Shown here in pieces: positions 12,273 to 24,191 of a stretch of 64,000 nt of DNA. The DNA comes from Moniliella sp. 'wahieum' (Eukaryota). The first letter of the stretch is position 1. Every line of letters starts with the position of its first letter. A program made the position numbers and the translations under genes. The notes under the pieces were generated by a model. That model searched no databases, was not told where the DNA came from, and saw nothing but the letters and a program-made list of their open reading frames with translations. The stretch spans positions 1-64,000 of the forward strand of contig RSEE01000137.1 in the NCBI GenBank assembly GCA_003971905.1, written 5' to 3'.

Positions 12273-13286
12273 CTTGGAGGGAAGATATGAATGACAGAAA
12301 AGAAAGTGTGTGCGGAAGAGAGGGTGGAGGGGGGGGTTAGGGGGGGAAGGGAAAGAAGGTAGGTCGAGGAGTGGGAGGAAGGTGGTAAGAAGGAAGAGCA
12401 AAGGAGGCGATGGAGAAGGTGGGTGTTAAAACAAGCGATCCAAAAGAGAAGAGGGTATATGTGGCTCCGTCTCCTGCCACATGTGGGAGGTGGGTGGGTG
12501 TGGCTTCATCCGGGATCGTACAACACACACGTGGGGAGCGGGACGGGGAGCTGGTCTGATCCACGCACAGCGGGTGCGTGGGTGTGGCGAGGGGTCGGAG
12601 GAGGCGAGGCGTGTGCGCGAGCGAGCAAGGCCAAGGGAGCTAGCTGCGCGAGCGACTTTTTGGGGGCCAAACATTTCCATACGACCGATATGGCCGCTGC
12701 GGCACCAGCCACGCGGTCGGGCGTCGTTCCATCCTCCTTCGGCACTCTGCTCGGCCGGGCGAGGGGCAGGACGGAGTGGATGGGCGACGAAGGCGGCCAG
12801 GCGGGGTGATGGTTGTCTGGGTGCCCACCTGGGGCCAAGCGCCATAGCACAAGCGGGCCCATTAACCATTCGCCTCGCGTCGTCGACCGATGATGATCGC
12901 TGATCGCTGATCGCCCTCAGACCACACCCATGGGTGATCGGTGATCGACAAGCCTCCAATGTAACCTGCCACAGTGCCATTTGAAAGTTGAACGCAGGAA
13001 GAAACGCCGGCGCCACCATCCAATCTTTCACCCGCCGGGCGCTCCAGCTCGCGCGGTTGCCCCTGTTTGTTGATCGAGTGGATGTCCACCTGTGGATCTT
13101 TCATCCCGCCGGACGGCAGACGGCAAAGCCAGCCAGCCCAAAGACGGCCGAACGCGGCCGACGCAGTGGAGCTAGATAGGCACGAATAGTGTTGCGGCCT
13201 GCGCACACGTTCCCTGTGCCTCGCACGCACGCAAGCCACGTTGCCTTTCCCTTTCGGGCTGCACCCGCACGGCCCTTAGCTCCACC

Positions 13287-13530
13287 ATGAGCCAGCAGAG
13301 GTACATGCCGCGCCCACCCCTCCCGCCCCGCGGCAAGATCCTGAAGCAAGTCGGCACCGGCATCTGCACCGTCTGTCGCGTCCTGTCCAAAACGCGTATC
13401 CCCGCTCCCCCACCGCGCCCCAGACAGGCCGGCCGCCAAGTCCAACTCACAGTCAAGATCAACGTGCCCCCGCGCGGCTCGTACCACTGCCCCGCCCAAT
13501 TACACCCGTGGGCTCTAGCGCGTAGAAAAA
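13287..13530 (+). CDS. Possible small basic hypothetical protein
   Basis: CCACCATG context and strongly GC3-biased codons (MSQQRYMPRPPLPPRGKILKQVGTGICTVCRVLSK...). No family recognised; the end is arbitrary. Confidence 0.3.
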
Positions 13531-14333
13531 GGGGGGTCGGTCTGGGTCGGCCTGCTGCAGACTCGCACGGCACCTCCCCCCCCCCCCCCCCCAATCTCTT
13601 CCTGCAAGCGCGAGGCCGTCTCCGAGAGGGGGTACTACGCAGAGGTTCCGTCTCCGTTTCGTGTCCGTTCCGTCTGGTTCGGCCCTGCTTCCGTCCCTCG
13701 TGGTCCATTTCGTTTGCTTCTACGTTCCCCGCACGGTATGCGCCACCGATGCGATTGCAATGCACTTTGGTATCCAGATTGGGGTGAGGGCGATGGAGCG
13801 AATGGCAGGCAGGGCTCTGTGCCTCTCATGCTCCATCCTCTCGCGTGTTGGGAGTGTCACGGACGAGAGGACAGCCAGGCAGCACGGTGGAGAGCTGGTC
13901 GCTGGGCAGAAAGCGAAGGGGTGTGGGTGTGGAGGGTTAGAGATGAGGATCTGCCACGAGATGTGGATGCGGCAGAGACTGGAGATTGGACCAGTCGCCA
14001 CTTCGTCAGATCTCAGCCGACCGGGTCATGTAGAAGAGCACTAGAAGAGTCACTACTAGTCACGTGCCTCGAACAAGGCAGCGCGACGGCAACCTAAGAG
14101 ATGCACCCTGGAGATCAGCGATCGTGTCTGTCCCGTCACGCATCCAGCGATGCGAACCACATGGGCCGGGGCATGGCGCGCGTTGTCGGGTGCTAGGGTG
14201 GGGGCGGGGGCTGCCGCAGCGGGGCGCTGGTGCAGAGTAGGGTTGCGCGGCGAGCGCATCGGTGCGGCTGGAGAGGTACTGGTTTGGATCCCACCCCCGC
14301 CGCCCGGCCTCACCACCACCGGCTGGCAGCACG

Positions 14334-14886
14334 ATGGGCAAACCCAGTGTGGCGCTGAACGCGGCGCGGAAGCCACACCACCGTCGGGAGAACAAGTGCG
14401 GACAGGCGGGAAGAGCGTGCGCTGGGCAACTTCTACAAGTCGTCCCTACTGCCGGCTCGTCCCAGGCCAAGGGCATCGTCTCGAGAAGGTTGGCGTCGAA
14501 GCCAAGCAGCCAACTCGGCCATTCGCAAGTGCGTGTGCAGCTCATCAAGAACGGCAAGAAGGTCGCTGCGTTTGTCCCGCATGACAGGGTGCCTCAACTT
14601 TGTCGACGAGAACGACGAGGTGCTGATCGAGGGCTTTGGCGCAAGGGCAAGGCCAAGGGTGACATTCCCGGTGTGCGCTTCCGCGTGATCAAGGTATCGG
14701 GTGTGGGTACGTACCAGTCTCGTCTTGTTGGCCTCGCGTGTTTGGGGTGGCCTAAGGCCCTCTGTGCGCCCCTGGCTGTTGTGTTTGTCTGGTCGGTCTG
14801 CTTCATGCGCTGTGATAGACCCATCTCCCCCTCGTCCTAGGCCTCTACGCCCTGTTCCGCGAGAAGAAGGAGAAGCCCGTTCCTAA
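14334..14886 (+). CDS. RPS23: 40S ribosomal protein S23 (uS12); multiple indels; intron 14707-14840
   Basis: MGKP..LNAARK, RALGNFYKS, AKGIV(L)EKVGVEAKQ(P)NSAIRKC, QLIKNGKKVAAFVP, CLNFVDENDEVL, KGKAKGDIPGVRFRVIKVSGV|GLYALFREKKEKP(R)S*. Confidence 0.95.
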
Positions 14887-16604
14887 TCGCGTCCCTGTGT
14901 TTCTTGCCCATTCTTCCCCCCCTTCTCCTCCCTCTCCTCTCCTACGTCATGTTACGCCCGCCCTGTCCACGTTCCCGGCTGTTGTACCCGGCTCTGCCGG
15001 TCAACGTGTGCGTGCCCGCTCCCTCTCTACTCAGGGGTGGAGTCGCGACGCCTATGCTACCCCGAGCCCCACGGGCCTCGCCCCCTCCGCAATGCACGTG
15101 CGCAAGTTCATACTTGCTATCCAGAAACGGTCGCACACTCTTCCGGATGGGACACTCGATAGTCGGAGGGGGTGTGCCAGTTGGTTTTGTTGGCGACTGG
15201 GCGTGCAAAGGGACAGGCGGGGACCATGGAGGCGGTTCCACTATGCTTTGTTCATCCTGGTCCCGCGGAGCGCAGCGCGGGTGCCAATATGCCCCAGAGA
15301 AGAAGAAATCGTACGAAAGTGTAGGCTTGCGTCGGCTTGCGCAGTCTGTGCGTGCCTCTGCGCCTTAGCTAGCAGGAACAAGACAAAGACCTACCTCCCC
15401 TGCCCCCCGCACTTGCCCGCCGACAAGCCGTGCATGAAAACTGAACAAAACGTCGCTGAGGCGTTCCCACCGCAGTGGCGGTGCGGCCGCACTGCCTCAT
15501 GCCGCCGTGCAGCCGCCAAGAAGCTTCCCAGTAAGGGGGGTGTGGCGCAGCCGGATGGCGAGTGCAGTCGGCGCTCGCCGGTGATCCTGATCGCCTTTTG
15601 AGCGAGAGTGCATGGCGTGACATGTGATGGCAGCGAGACGGGAGAGAGGACAGAGGGTCCCTGGACCACGCCACTGCTAACCCCGCTCGTCGCAGGGGGC
15701 GGTGTGGGACCGGACTGGGAATGGGGTGGGCGTCGCTGAGTTGAAGCCTCACATGTGGGCCATCATTGCATCAGATTCACATGCGTTGCCGAGAGAGAGG
15801 CGCTTTCTCAGATCTCATTGCTGTCAGTGGGTTTTTGGCCCCACAAACACCGCAAACGCGGGGGCGGGGGCAGCGTTGAACCTAGTGCTGGTAAGGTTAT
15901 CTGTTTCGTCTATGAGCAGTATTTCGACGGTGGGTCAGTACTCAGTGCCGTTCAACGTTCATTAATGAATTCGGCGGCCCCACTTGTCCTGTCCGACGCT
16001 GGACCCTGTGACCCTGTGACCTTATCGTAGTAGTAGCGACCGACACGGAGAGACAAACCCCAGAGGCAGTACTCGTATGCATTACTAAGTACTTCCCACT
16101 ATCGTACTACATACTCCTCCTTCGTTGCGCAAAAGTCCCGCCGTATTCGCATCGACTCTTGCGTCCAACATGTGCCTACGTGCGAGTGAGGTGATCGACC
16201 GATGATCGCCCGGTTGGATCCCCACAGAGGGGCGAAACCCTCGCTCGGGTGTCACAAACGACGGTGCTTGCCAGTATGCATTATGGATCGGATGGGGGGG
16301 GTAGTAGTAGTAGACATAGTAGTCTACCCCGGTCCCAGCACGCTTCTGCGCGCGCTAGTCTACGCCAAACGCCAAATGCCATACGCCATATCATGCATAT
16401 ACCCCACAGATCCCCACCGCCACGCAGCGGCCGAGAAACTGCGCCGCGGCGCAGTGTGGGGCCTTACTATACTTCTGTTTCCCCACCATCACCAAAAAAC
16501 TCACTGCCACCTCAGCTGAAGCCTCTGTGTTGTGCTGCGCTGCTTTTGATTTGCCTTCTTCTCAACCCCTTCGCCCCCATCTTCTTTGGCACCGGCAGCT
16601 GTAC

Positions 16605-16605
16605 T

Positions 16606-16647
<42 letters not shown>

Positions 16648-16648
16648 C
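16605..16648. repeat. Hexanucleotide microsatellite (GCAACG)n
   Basis: About 7 direct copies. Confidence 0.9.
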
Positions 16649-16884
16649 AGCTCTTCGATGACCAAACGTGGGAGCGGGAAAAGACTCATCTAAAGAGACC
16701 CGTCCACGATATCAAACAAAAAAAAACATGGGGTATGTGTGTTCATCTCTCCTCGAGTCTGATGGGTCTGCGCTTCCCCCGCCCCAGTGAGCCGGGATCC
16801 AAGGGGAGACCCGCAGATGGGCTGGGGGCTGGAGGGGTGCCTTGTGAGAAGGTGTTGTGGCTGACAAAGTTGTGGTTGGGATAT

Positions 16885-17004
16885 ATTGTGGTTGGTGGTG
16901 TGTGTTATTGTGTTGTGTTGTGTTGTGTTGTTGTGTTGTTGTGTTGTGTTGTGTTGTGTTGTGTTGTGTTTGTGTTGTGTTGTGTGTGTTGTGTTGTGTT
17001 GTGG
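16885..17004. repeat. TG-rich pentamer microsatellite (TGTTG)n
   Basis: About 120 bp of TGTTG/TGTG units. Confidence 0.9.
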
Positions 17005-18326
17005 GTATACGGATGTGGATGATGCTGCGACGGCTGGTCTTGGGTATCATACATCATCATCTGTGGGGCACAACACACCCGTCGGCGCGTACGACTATTG
17101 TCCCAAGTGCACCGAATGGTGCGCAGTTCCCGTGGATTCTGTACCGTTTGCCATATCATGATCACCATCCCTCCGCCAAGTACGCATCTCTCGGCGCCCC
17201 CACCTGCCTGCGTTGTTCACCCTGCGCAGCGGGTGGCGCACCGCTACGGGCTGGGAGAACAGTGATGGTTGGGATGAAGCGTGAAGCGCAGTGAAGATTC
17301 AAAAGTCAAGCGCCACTTGGGAATTGAATTGACGGTTGCCCCCGCGCGATGGGCAGCTGTTGTCTTGACAGTGATGTGCAAAATGGCATATGTGCGTGCA
17401 ATAATGCGGGGTAACCGGAAACCGACTAGAACCGGCTACAAAGCCCTATTAGCCAGTGCCCTCGATTAGATCTTCCGATCTAACCGGGCTAACATGTAAC
17501 ACCTCCGATGGAAATGGATTGGCAGGGGCAGTACGCCGTAGATTTGTAATCCGTGGCTGAGGAACCCCGGCACTGGTTACAGCAGGAGTGATGCATGATG
17601 GGGCGTCGTGTTGTCCGTCACGTGTGGCTGCAACCTGCCACCGCGAGCATTGCTAGTAGGCCCCTCCAAAACAGACGATATGAACACAAGTAGGAGAGGG
17701 CCCCGATAGCGGGGGGTGGGGTCAAACTCTCTTGACGCGTTTTCGAATAGTGGTGTCAGAGGTTGAGACGCCGGGGATCCCCTCTCTCAGCCTTCTGGAC
17801 AAGATCGTACGCTTCCGCTACTCAAAAATGCTCAAGATGCAGACGGGACGCATGTGATGCATCGCCCATCTCTTCCCTTGTCCGCCTTCTCCGCTTGAGT
17901 GGGTCTGCTAACAGTTGGAGCATGACTAAAAAAGGCGAAAAAGCACGTACAAGTGCGGTTAGTGGGATCTCGTTTTACGTCTTCGCCCCTCTTCTCTGCC
18001 CAGACGCACCCACTGCTGTTGCGGCGCTCACTCCTCGGGTTATACAAAACTGCACCGATATATCCCTGTTCTCATAGTCTTCAGTGCCTCTCCCTCTTGT
18101 TCTTAAGAAACCTATATATAGATCTTCTTCTCCTTTCAGTTTCCCTCCGATCTCAGCCTGTATGATCTCCAGAGTCGGTACATCCTGCTTCGTGGTGGCC
18201 GTTCTAAACGTTGGTATGTTTGTCTTGGTCCTGTTGTAGGATCAGATTCACCGTAGTCCCACAAACGGCCCGAGGTCTCGAGGCGGATGTTAGCTCGCAT
18301 TCCAAGGTGGCGCACGGCCTGACACC

Positions 18327-18443
18327 GGTCGATTAGCTCAGTTGGTCAGAGCGTGGTACTAATATGTCGGTGCCTCGGTGCCGAGTGTTAGTGATCCCAA
18401 GGTCATGAGTTCAAGCTTCAAGCTTCAAGCCTCATATTGCCCA
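18327..18443 (+). tRNA. tRNA-Ile(AAT) gene with canonical 37/38 intron (18365-18393); aberrant, possibly a pseudogene
   Basis: GGTCGAT-TA-GCTC-AGTTGGTCA-GAGC-G-TGGTA-CT-AAT-A-[intron containing TTAGTG, able to pair with the anticodon loop]-A-TCCCA-AGGTC-ATGAG-(TTCAAGC)x3-CTCAT-ATTGCCC-A, then a T-rich tract. One T:C mismatch each in the acceptor and anticodon stems. Confidence 0.85.
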
Positions 18444-19569
18444 ACCTTTCTTTTCTTTTCCTTGGGAAGCCCGCGCCCTAACCCCCCTTGTGTCCGGTAA
18501 TATCCTACCTTCTTTTCATCTCGCAGCGCGTTTTCACAAACACTGCATTCTGACGGGTTGTCTTGCTGCGCCGATCGCATCCCAAACGACTCACGGGCAG
18601 CAACATTCCTTTGCAGCTGGTGCAACTAGATATAGTCGAGATAACCACAACAAGTCCTATAACGGGGCGCCCACTGGAGTTGTTCCTTCTCCCACCTTCC
18701 CACTCGCTGTTTCCATCGGATCGACCTAGACAAAAGAAATGCATGCCCCGCTGGAGCTTACGGCCTGTTGTGTCCGTACCGTGGAGTCAGAGAGGGGAGA
18801 GTAGCGAGACAGGGAGCCCCTATAAGCGTAGGAGCGTAGAGGAGCGTAGATCGGAGGAGACAGGGGAGGACATATGGACATATGGACCTATGCATATGCG
18901 TACGTGTTTGGGGGTGGGTGAGGGGTGAGGTTAGGGGGGGCCAACTTCGAACGAGAGAACGTACGGGGCCCACCGGGTGGCAGCCTGGGCAATCAATCCG
19001 AGATTCCGGTTCCGACTCGGGATCAGACGCGCGAGCCCCTGAGGGGGCAGCAGATACCAGATACCAGGCACCAGGCAAAAGGGAGGCGGGAAGAGAGAGC
19101 GAGACAAGAACAAAAAGAGAAAGAGGAAGAGAAAGGGGAAGAGACAGAGCAGAGAGGAGGGGGGCGAGGCGAGGCAGGACATAGCGCTAATGGCTAGGGA
19201 CCCAGGGCTAACGGTTAAAGGTTAAAGGACCAGGGGGAGGAGAAAGAGAGAAGAGGCAAGCCGAGCAGATGCGCAGGGACAGATCGGGGAGAGGATGCAG
19301 TGGCGTGCAGTGGCGTGCAGTGGAGTGGAGTTAGTGCAGTGTAGTGCAGAGCGGAAGCGAAGGGCGCAAACAGGGTGCAAAAGGATGCAAAAGGGTTAGG
19401 CTGGGGGGGGGGGGAGGCGTCCAGGGTACGGCTGGAAAGAGGTTGTGTGTGGTTGTGTGTGCGTGATGTATGGCGAGGGGTGAACGGGTGAACGTACGAT
19501 GGCCAAGGGGATGATGCGGCGTGGAAAGAGGAGAGGGAAAGGACCAGGCGTTGGTTACGCGTAACGCGT

Positions 19570-22500
19570 CTACGACCGAAGGCGTGCCAGCGCCAAAGCT
19601 TGTAGAAACGTGGGCCAATCCATGCCCGGCGGCAACGCGGCGGAGGGTAAGTAGGCGTCGGCCCCATGCCCATTCCCATGCCCATGCCCATGCCCATGCC
19701 ATGCCCACTCCTCCCATGCCCACTCCTCCCATGCCCACTCCTCCCATGCCCACTCCTCCCATGCCCACTCCTCCCCATGCCCATGCCATGCCCATGCCCT
19801 GTCCCGGTCCGATGCCCATGCCCATCGGCCCGCCCGGAGGCGGAGGCTGCGCCGGCACAGGCGACGGCGAACCACGCTGCGCCTCGTCCCAAGCCGATTG
19901 GGGGGGGGAAGCGCAACGGGCGCAAGGTAAGGCGAAGCGTACTCGAACCCAGTGCCATACATCCCTGTCGCGCCAACCCCAACGCCCATACCCATACCCA
20001 TACCATGCCACCGCCCATGGTCGACATAGCATGCGTCATAGCAGGTGTCAACGCAGGTGTCAAGGCAGGGGACAAGTTGCCCGGCGCCGGCGCCGGCGCA
20101 GCGAGGTGGTGGCTCGTAGCTGACCTGTGGCTGTCGCTGCAGCTGAAGCCGAACGGGGGTACCATCCATCGCGGCGAGTGGGGCGAAGGCATGAGTGGCG
20201 AGCGACGGTGGGGCGACGTCCGCGCGCAGTAGAGTATCCCGCAACCGGCACGCCCAGCGTACTGGTACTGCCATTCGGATTGGCATTCGAGTGCGGGGGA
20301 GTGGGTAGAGTGCGAGGGGTACTTGAGGCTGGAGCGTGCGTGTGCGGGGGGGCAAACGACCGGCGTCCTTCCTCCCGTCACGGAAGCCAGATCCACGGTG
20401 CCCCTCACGCGCGTCGCTGGGCGCGCGAGGCGGGCAAAAAGGCGAGCTGGTCGGCGCGGCGAGCAGGTGCGGGGGCAGCGAGTATCGGTCGACCCGTCCA
20501 AGACGGCCTGGGCGGCTTCGAGCAGTGGCGCAAGCGACGAAAACTGACGACACGGACCCGGACACCGAAGAAGTAGAACCTGCAGGAGAGTTGGCGGTGG
20601 AGTTGGAGGCGGAGGTGGGGACCGCTAAGACCACTGACGCGGCGCGCGTGGCACTGCTTACCAGCCGCTCCACCGACGCTCGTAGTGACGGTTGCGAAGC
20701 GAGCTTGGGCATGCTCAATGTGATCATTTCTGTGTCCAGCGTGGTCGGGCGGTTAGAAGGGAAAAAGGGCAGAAGGGTCAGCGCGGTCGGGGGCAGAAGG
20801 ACAGAAGGGTCAGCAGGAGGGGTGGGGATACGCGGGGGGGGGGGGACGTACGGTGCACAGCGGTGGTGAGGAGGGTGGCCTGGTCAGCAGCGAGGGGGAG
20901 GGCAAGAGGCAGAGAGCATGCTGGTGTGAGTACTCGATGGGCAAGACGGGTCTTTGAGTTGCTGGGACGAGTAGCGCGCGAGGTGGAGGAGGTGGTCGAG
21001 GTGCTTAGCTGTGAACAGGCGCGAGGTACATGTCGTGTCTAGTGCTGGGTGCGCGCCGAGCGCCAACGTCCCATTCGCGTTCCCATTCGCGTTTGTAGAG
21101 GAGGGCGGGTGGGGGTGGGGGAAGGTAGATGACGGAAGGGCGAGGAGGCGGTGGAGGTGGAGCACGGGGGCACGCGAGCGGGGAAAATCTCATTGAGCAA
21201 GTCTTGGTACTTGGAGTGGATCAAGCTAACGGCCGCCGACCGCAGAGGCGAGAATTGTTACGGTGGCGAATCAAGCGCATAGCCGCGCGCCGCGTAGCAC
21301 ATTCAATGAAACACGCATTGCTCGTCTTGCCATTCGCCACATCGATCGGGATATGGATCGGCTGCACCACCACTGACGCCGGGGGCAGCACAGCCAGCGA
21401 CTCAGGAATCCACGCGAGCACACTCGCTATCGTCGTCGTCCAGGGAATGTTGTCTACCCGCACACGCTCAGCGTGGCCAAGGAACAAGTCTGCTGCTGGT
21501 ACTGTTGCTGCTGCTGCTGGTGTGTTGTTGCTGCTGGTGTTCGTCATCGAATGCGTCGGGCCTGTGCCGCCACCGCCGGCCACAGACGCGGCGACGACGA
21601 CCGCGATCCGTCATCGACGCCGTGCGAAACCAACTGCATCTCGCACACCAACGACTCGATGTCCTTGACGGTACTGCGACGCGAGCGTCGCTGCGTCGGG
21701 GGTCGTGCCGTCGCTGGTGCGGGGCGTATGGAGGTGGGTGGTGGTGTGCCGCCGTTATGACCAGGCGAGCGCTGCCCGAATCGTGCGACACGCTGACGGA
21801 CGCATCGGGCGAAAAGAGTAAGGAGGATTTGGATTCGTCCGTGGACCGGCGTCCGAGGGTGTGTGGACGTGTCGTTCGCCAAGGCCGTCGTCGAGGCCAT
21901 CGAGGAAGGTAAGGCCGAATCAGAAGTCACAGGTACGGGCAAGATCGAAGGCGGGCGCAGTAGTGCTGGCCAAAGTATGCGCCCAGGTGGACAAGCTAAG
22001 TCCTTCTTTATCATCCCAATATCTTCCACGTGCGCGCCGCAGGCCAACAGGCATGTGGACGCGGTGGCGACGTCGACACTTGGTTCAACCCGGCCGACAT
22101 GCAAAAGGAACAAGCGCGGTGCTCACACGGGTACAGGATCGTCAGCAACGACGTTTTTTGCTCCACAAACTCGCATTCGTTCCGGCCCGCCGGTCGGGAG
22201 GGAGCGTCGTGCCCGCCAGCCGAGGGCGCTGAGGCCGAAGCAGGTGCGCGTGTGCGCGGGGGGTGGGGCCAGCCCCAGCCCAGCGGCTGCGGCGGCAGCA
22301 GCGGCAGCGGAAGCAGATGCAGGAACAGAAGCGGGAACGGATGCGGGGACGGGATGAGGGCTAGGGCCCGAGGTAGGGCCAACAGGAGCAGCAGCAGGGT
22401 GAGGGGAGCGGGAGAGCGGGTAGGAAGGCATGCCGGACGGGTAGGGCTCCAGGTCGGGTGCGGTGGCACGGTACGAACGAAAGCTGGTCTGTCGCGGGCG

Positions 22501-24046
22501 CGCGGCGGCAGCCAGTCCCGAAGCCGAAGCCCACGGGTACATCTCAGACGCATATGGCGCGTACTCGACGGCGTCCCTCGGTGCTCTTTTGGTTTGAGTG
22601 GCCGCGGCGAGGTGGGCACGCTCAGAAGCGGCGATGGCAAGTCGTCCTGCATGCTGGCTGCTGATTCGGCACGTTGACGGAGGTAGTGCTCTTGCTGTGC
22701 TGTTGCTGCTGTTGTCGTTGTGTTGTTGGAGGTGGTATTGTTGTTGCGGGTTGAGCTCAAGCGGGGTGTGGGAGGATTGGGACAGATGGAGGCACGGGAG
22801 GAAGAGGTGATGCGTCGTGCCAGCGTTTGGGCTAGGCCGGTGGTATGACCGACACCATAAGGGTAGGAAGGGTCTTGCTGCGACCAGGCCCGCTCCCGCT
22901 CATCGAGGCTGGCGTTGGTAATGGCACGGTGGCGAGGCGGTGCGCCGGCGCGAGCGAAAGACGGTAGGTCGCGCGCGGCGGGCGGCGAGGGCGGGAACCA
23001 GGAGGGACTGCGCGGTTCCTGCAAGCTCTGGGAGATGGCATGGCGCATGTAGGGCGAGCGGGACGAGGGCGCTTCAAGGTACTGCGAAGGCGCAGGCAGG
23101 CTGGCCGGCTATTGGTAGCAGCTGGGTGGTAGGATGAGGACTGGGACAGGACGGGGGCATGGGCCGAGGGGCGGTGTGTCGCGCTCCCATGTGGCGAGGA
23201 CGTCGTCGAGCGGCAGACCTACACCGGGGTGGCAGGGGGGAGAGATGGAAAGGTTAGCAAGGCAAGGGCGCAGACGGAGAGGAGGGGCGGACGGACCTGC
23301 TGCAGCTGCGGCGGCGGGGCCGACGCGGGCGAGCCAGTCGGAGAGGGAGCCCGGCTCTGGGGGGGAGGTGGTGAGTGGAGGAGGAGAAGGAGGAGGAGGA
23401 GGAGGAGGAGGGGGTGGGGCGAGCGGGTGTGCGACTGCACGGCTGCTGCATAGCTGGCGGAGGGGAGATGGGCGAGGGTGGCGGCGGCGGCGAGGCGGGG
23501 GCTGCGAGGGCGTTCGATGTGGGACTGGCTGCGGAGGCGGTGCGGTGCGGGAGGGGGTTGGCGGTGGGCTCGGGGTCGGGCGGCGGCGGCTGGGGCTGGG
23601 GAGGGGCGCCCGGGGTGCGCGGGAAGGTGTAGTGGGGGAGAGCGAGGGGGCGGGCGGGTCGCGGAGGAAGAAGCGGTCGGAGCGAGGGGGGTGGGCTGTG
23701 GGTTGAGGTCGGTTTCGCTCCAGGTGGCGTGGTGGACGCGGGCAAAGGCGGGTGCGCGCGGGGCGGAGGTCGAGGTTGAGGTGTTAAGGTGAGGCTGATG
23801 TCGCGCAGGTGTTGGGGGCGAGAGGGCGGGCGAGGAGGCCGGGGGCACGGCGGTGGTGGGGGAGGAGGAGGCTGGTGGTGAGGTGGTGGAGGGCTGCGGC
23901 GGCTGCTGGGCGGCGGAGGCGGCGGCAAAGGAGGAGCGGGAGACGTTGAGGGGGGCGGGGCGGGGCGGCGGGGCCTGCTGGGCGGGCCATCGGGCGGGGG
24001 AAGGGGTGGGGGGGGGCACTGGGGGGGCACTCGGGGGGGCACTCAT
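19570..24046 (-). CDS. Low-complexity protein with a C3HC4 RING-like finger and an RRM-like domain; boundaries uncertain
   Basis: RING at about 22030-22180: CEF(C)..LTILYPCEHRACSFCMSAGLN...C(L)ACG. RRM at about 21200-21465: VRVDNIPWTTT...IHIPIDVANGKTSNACFIECATRRAAMRLIR..NNSRLCGR. Pro/Ser-rich flanks. Confidence 0.7.
19697..19775. repeat. 15-bp minisatellite (CCATGCCCACTCCTC) x5 within CCCATG hexamer repeats
   Basis: Direct reading; lies inside the 3' part of the RING-RRM gene. Confidence 0.85.
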
Positions 24047-24060
24047 GGGGGGGGGGTGGA

Positions 24061-24191
24061 GGGATGGTGGAGACGGAGGGAGGAGGGCGGAGACGAAGGA
24101 GAGATGGCGGAGACGGAGGAGGAGATGGCGGAGACGAAGGAAGAGATGGCGGAGACGGAGGAGGAGATGGCGGAGACGGGGGAGGAGATGG
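24061..24191. repeat. 21-bp minisatellite (GAGATGGCGGAGACGGAGGAG), 4 good copies plus degenerate ones
   Basis: Units at 24101, 24122, 24143 and 24164, just upstream of the putative RING-RRM ATG. Confidence 0.85.

Noticed and set aside
18476..18484. CCCTAACCC (similar 9-10-mers near 12334, 19392 and 27964) as a telomerase RNA template or telobox
   Set aside because: Such short matches are expected by chance in GC-rich DNA, and I see no supporting structure.
24061..24191. CRISPR-like array
   Set aside because: Head-to-tail minisatellite without spacers, in a eukaryotic context with no cas genes.
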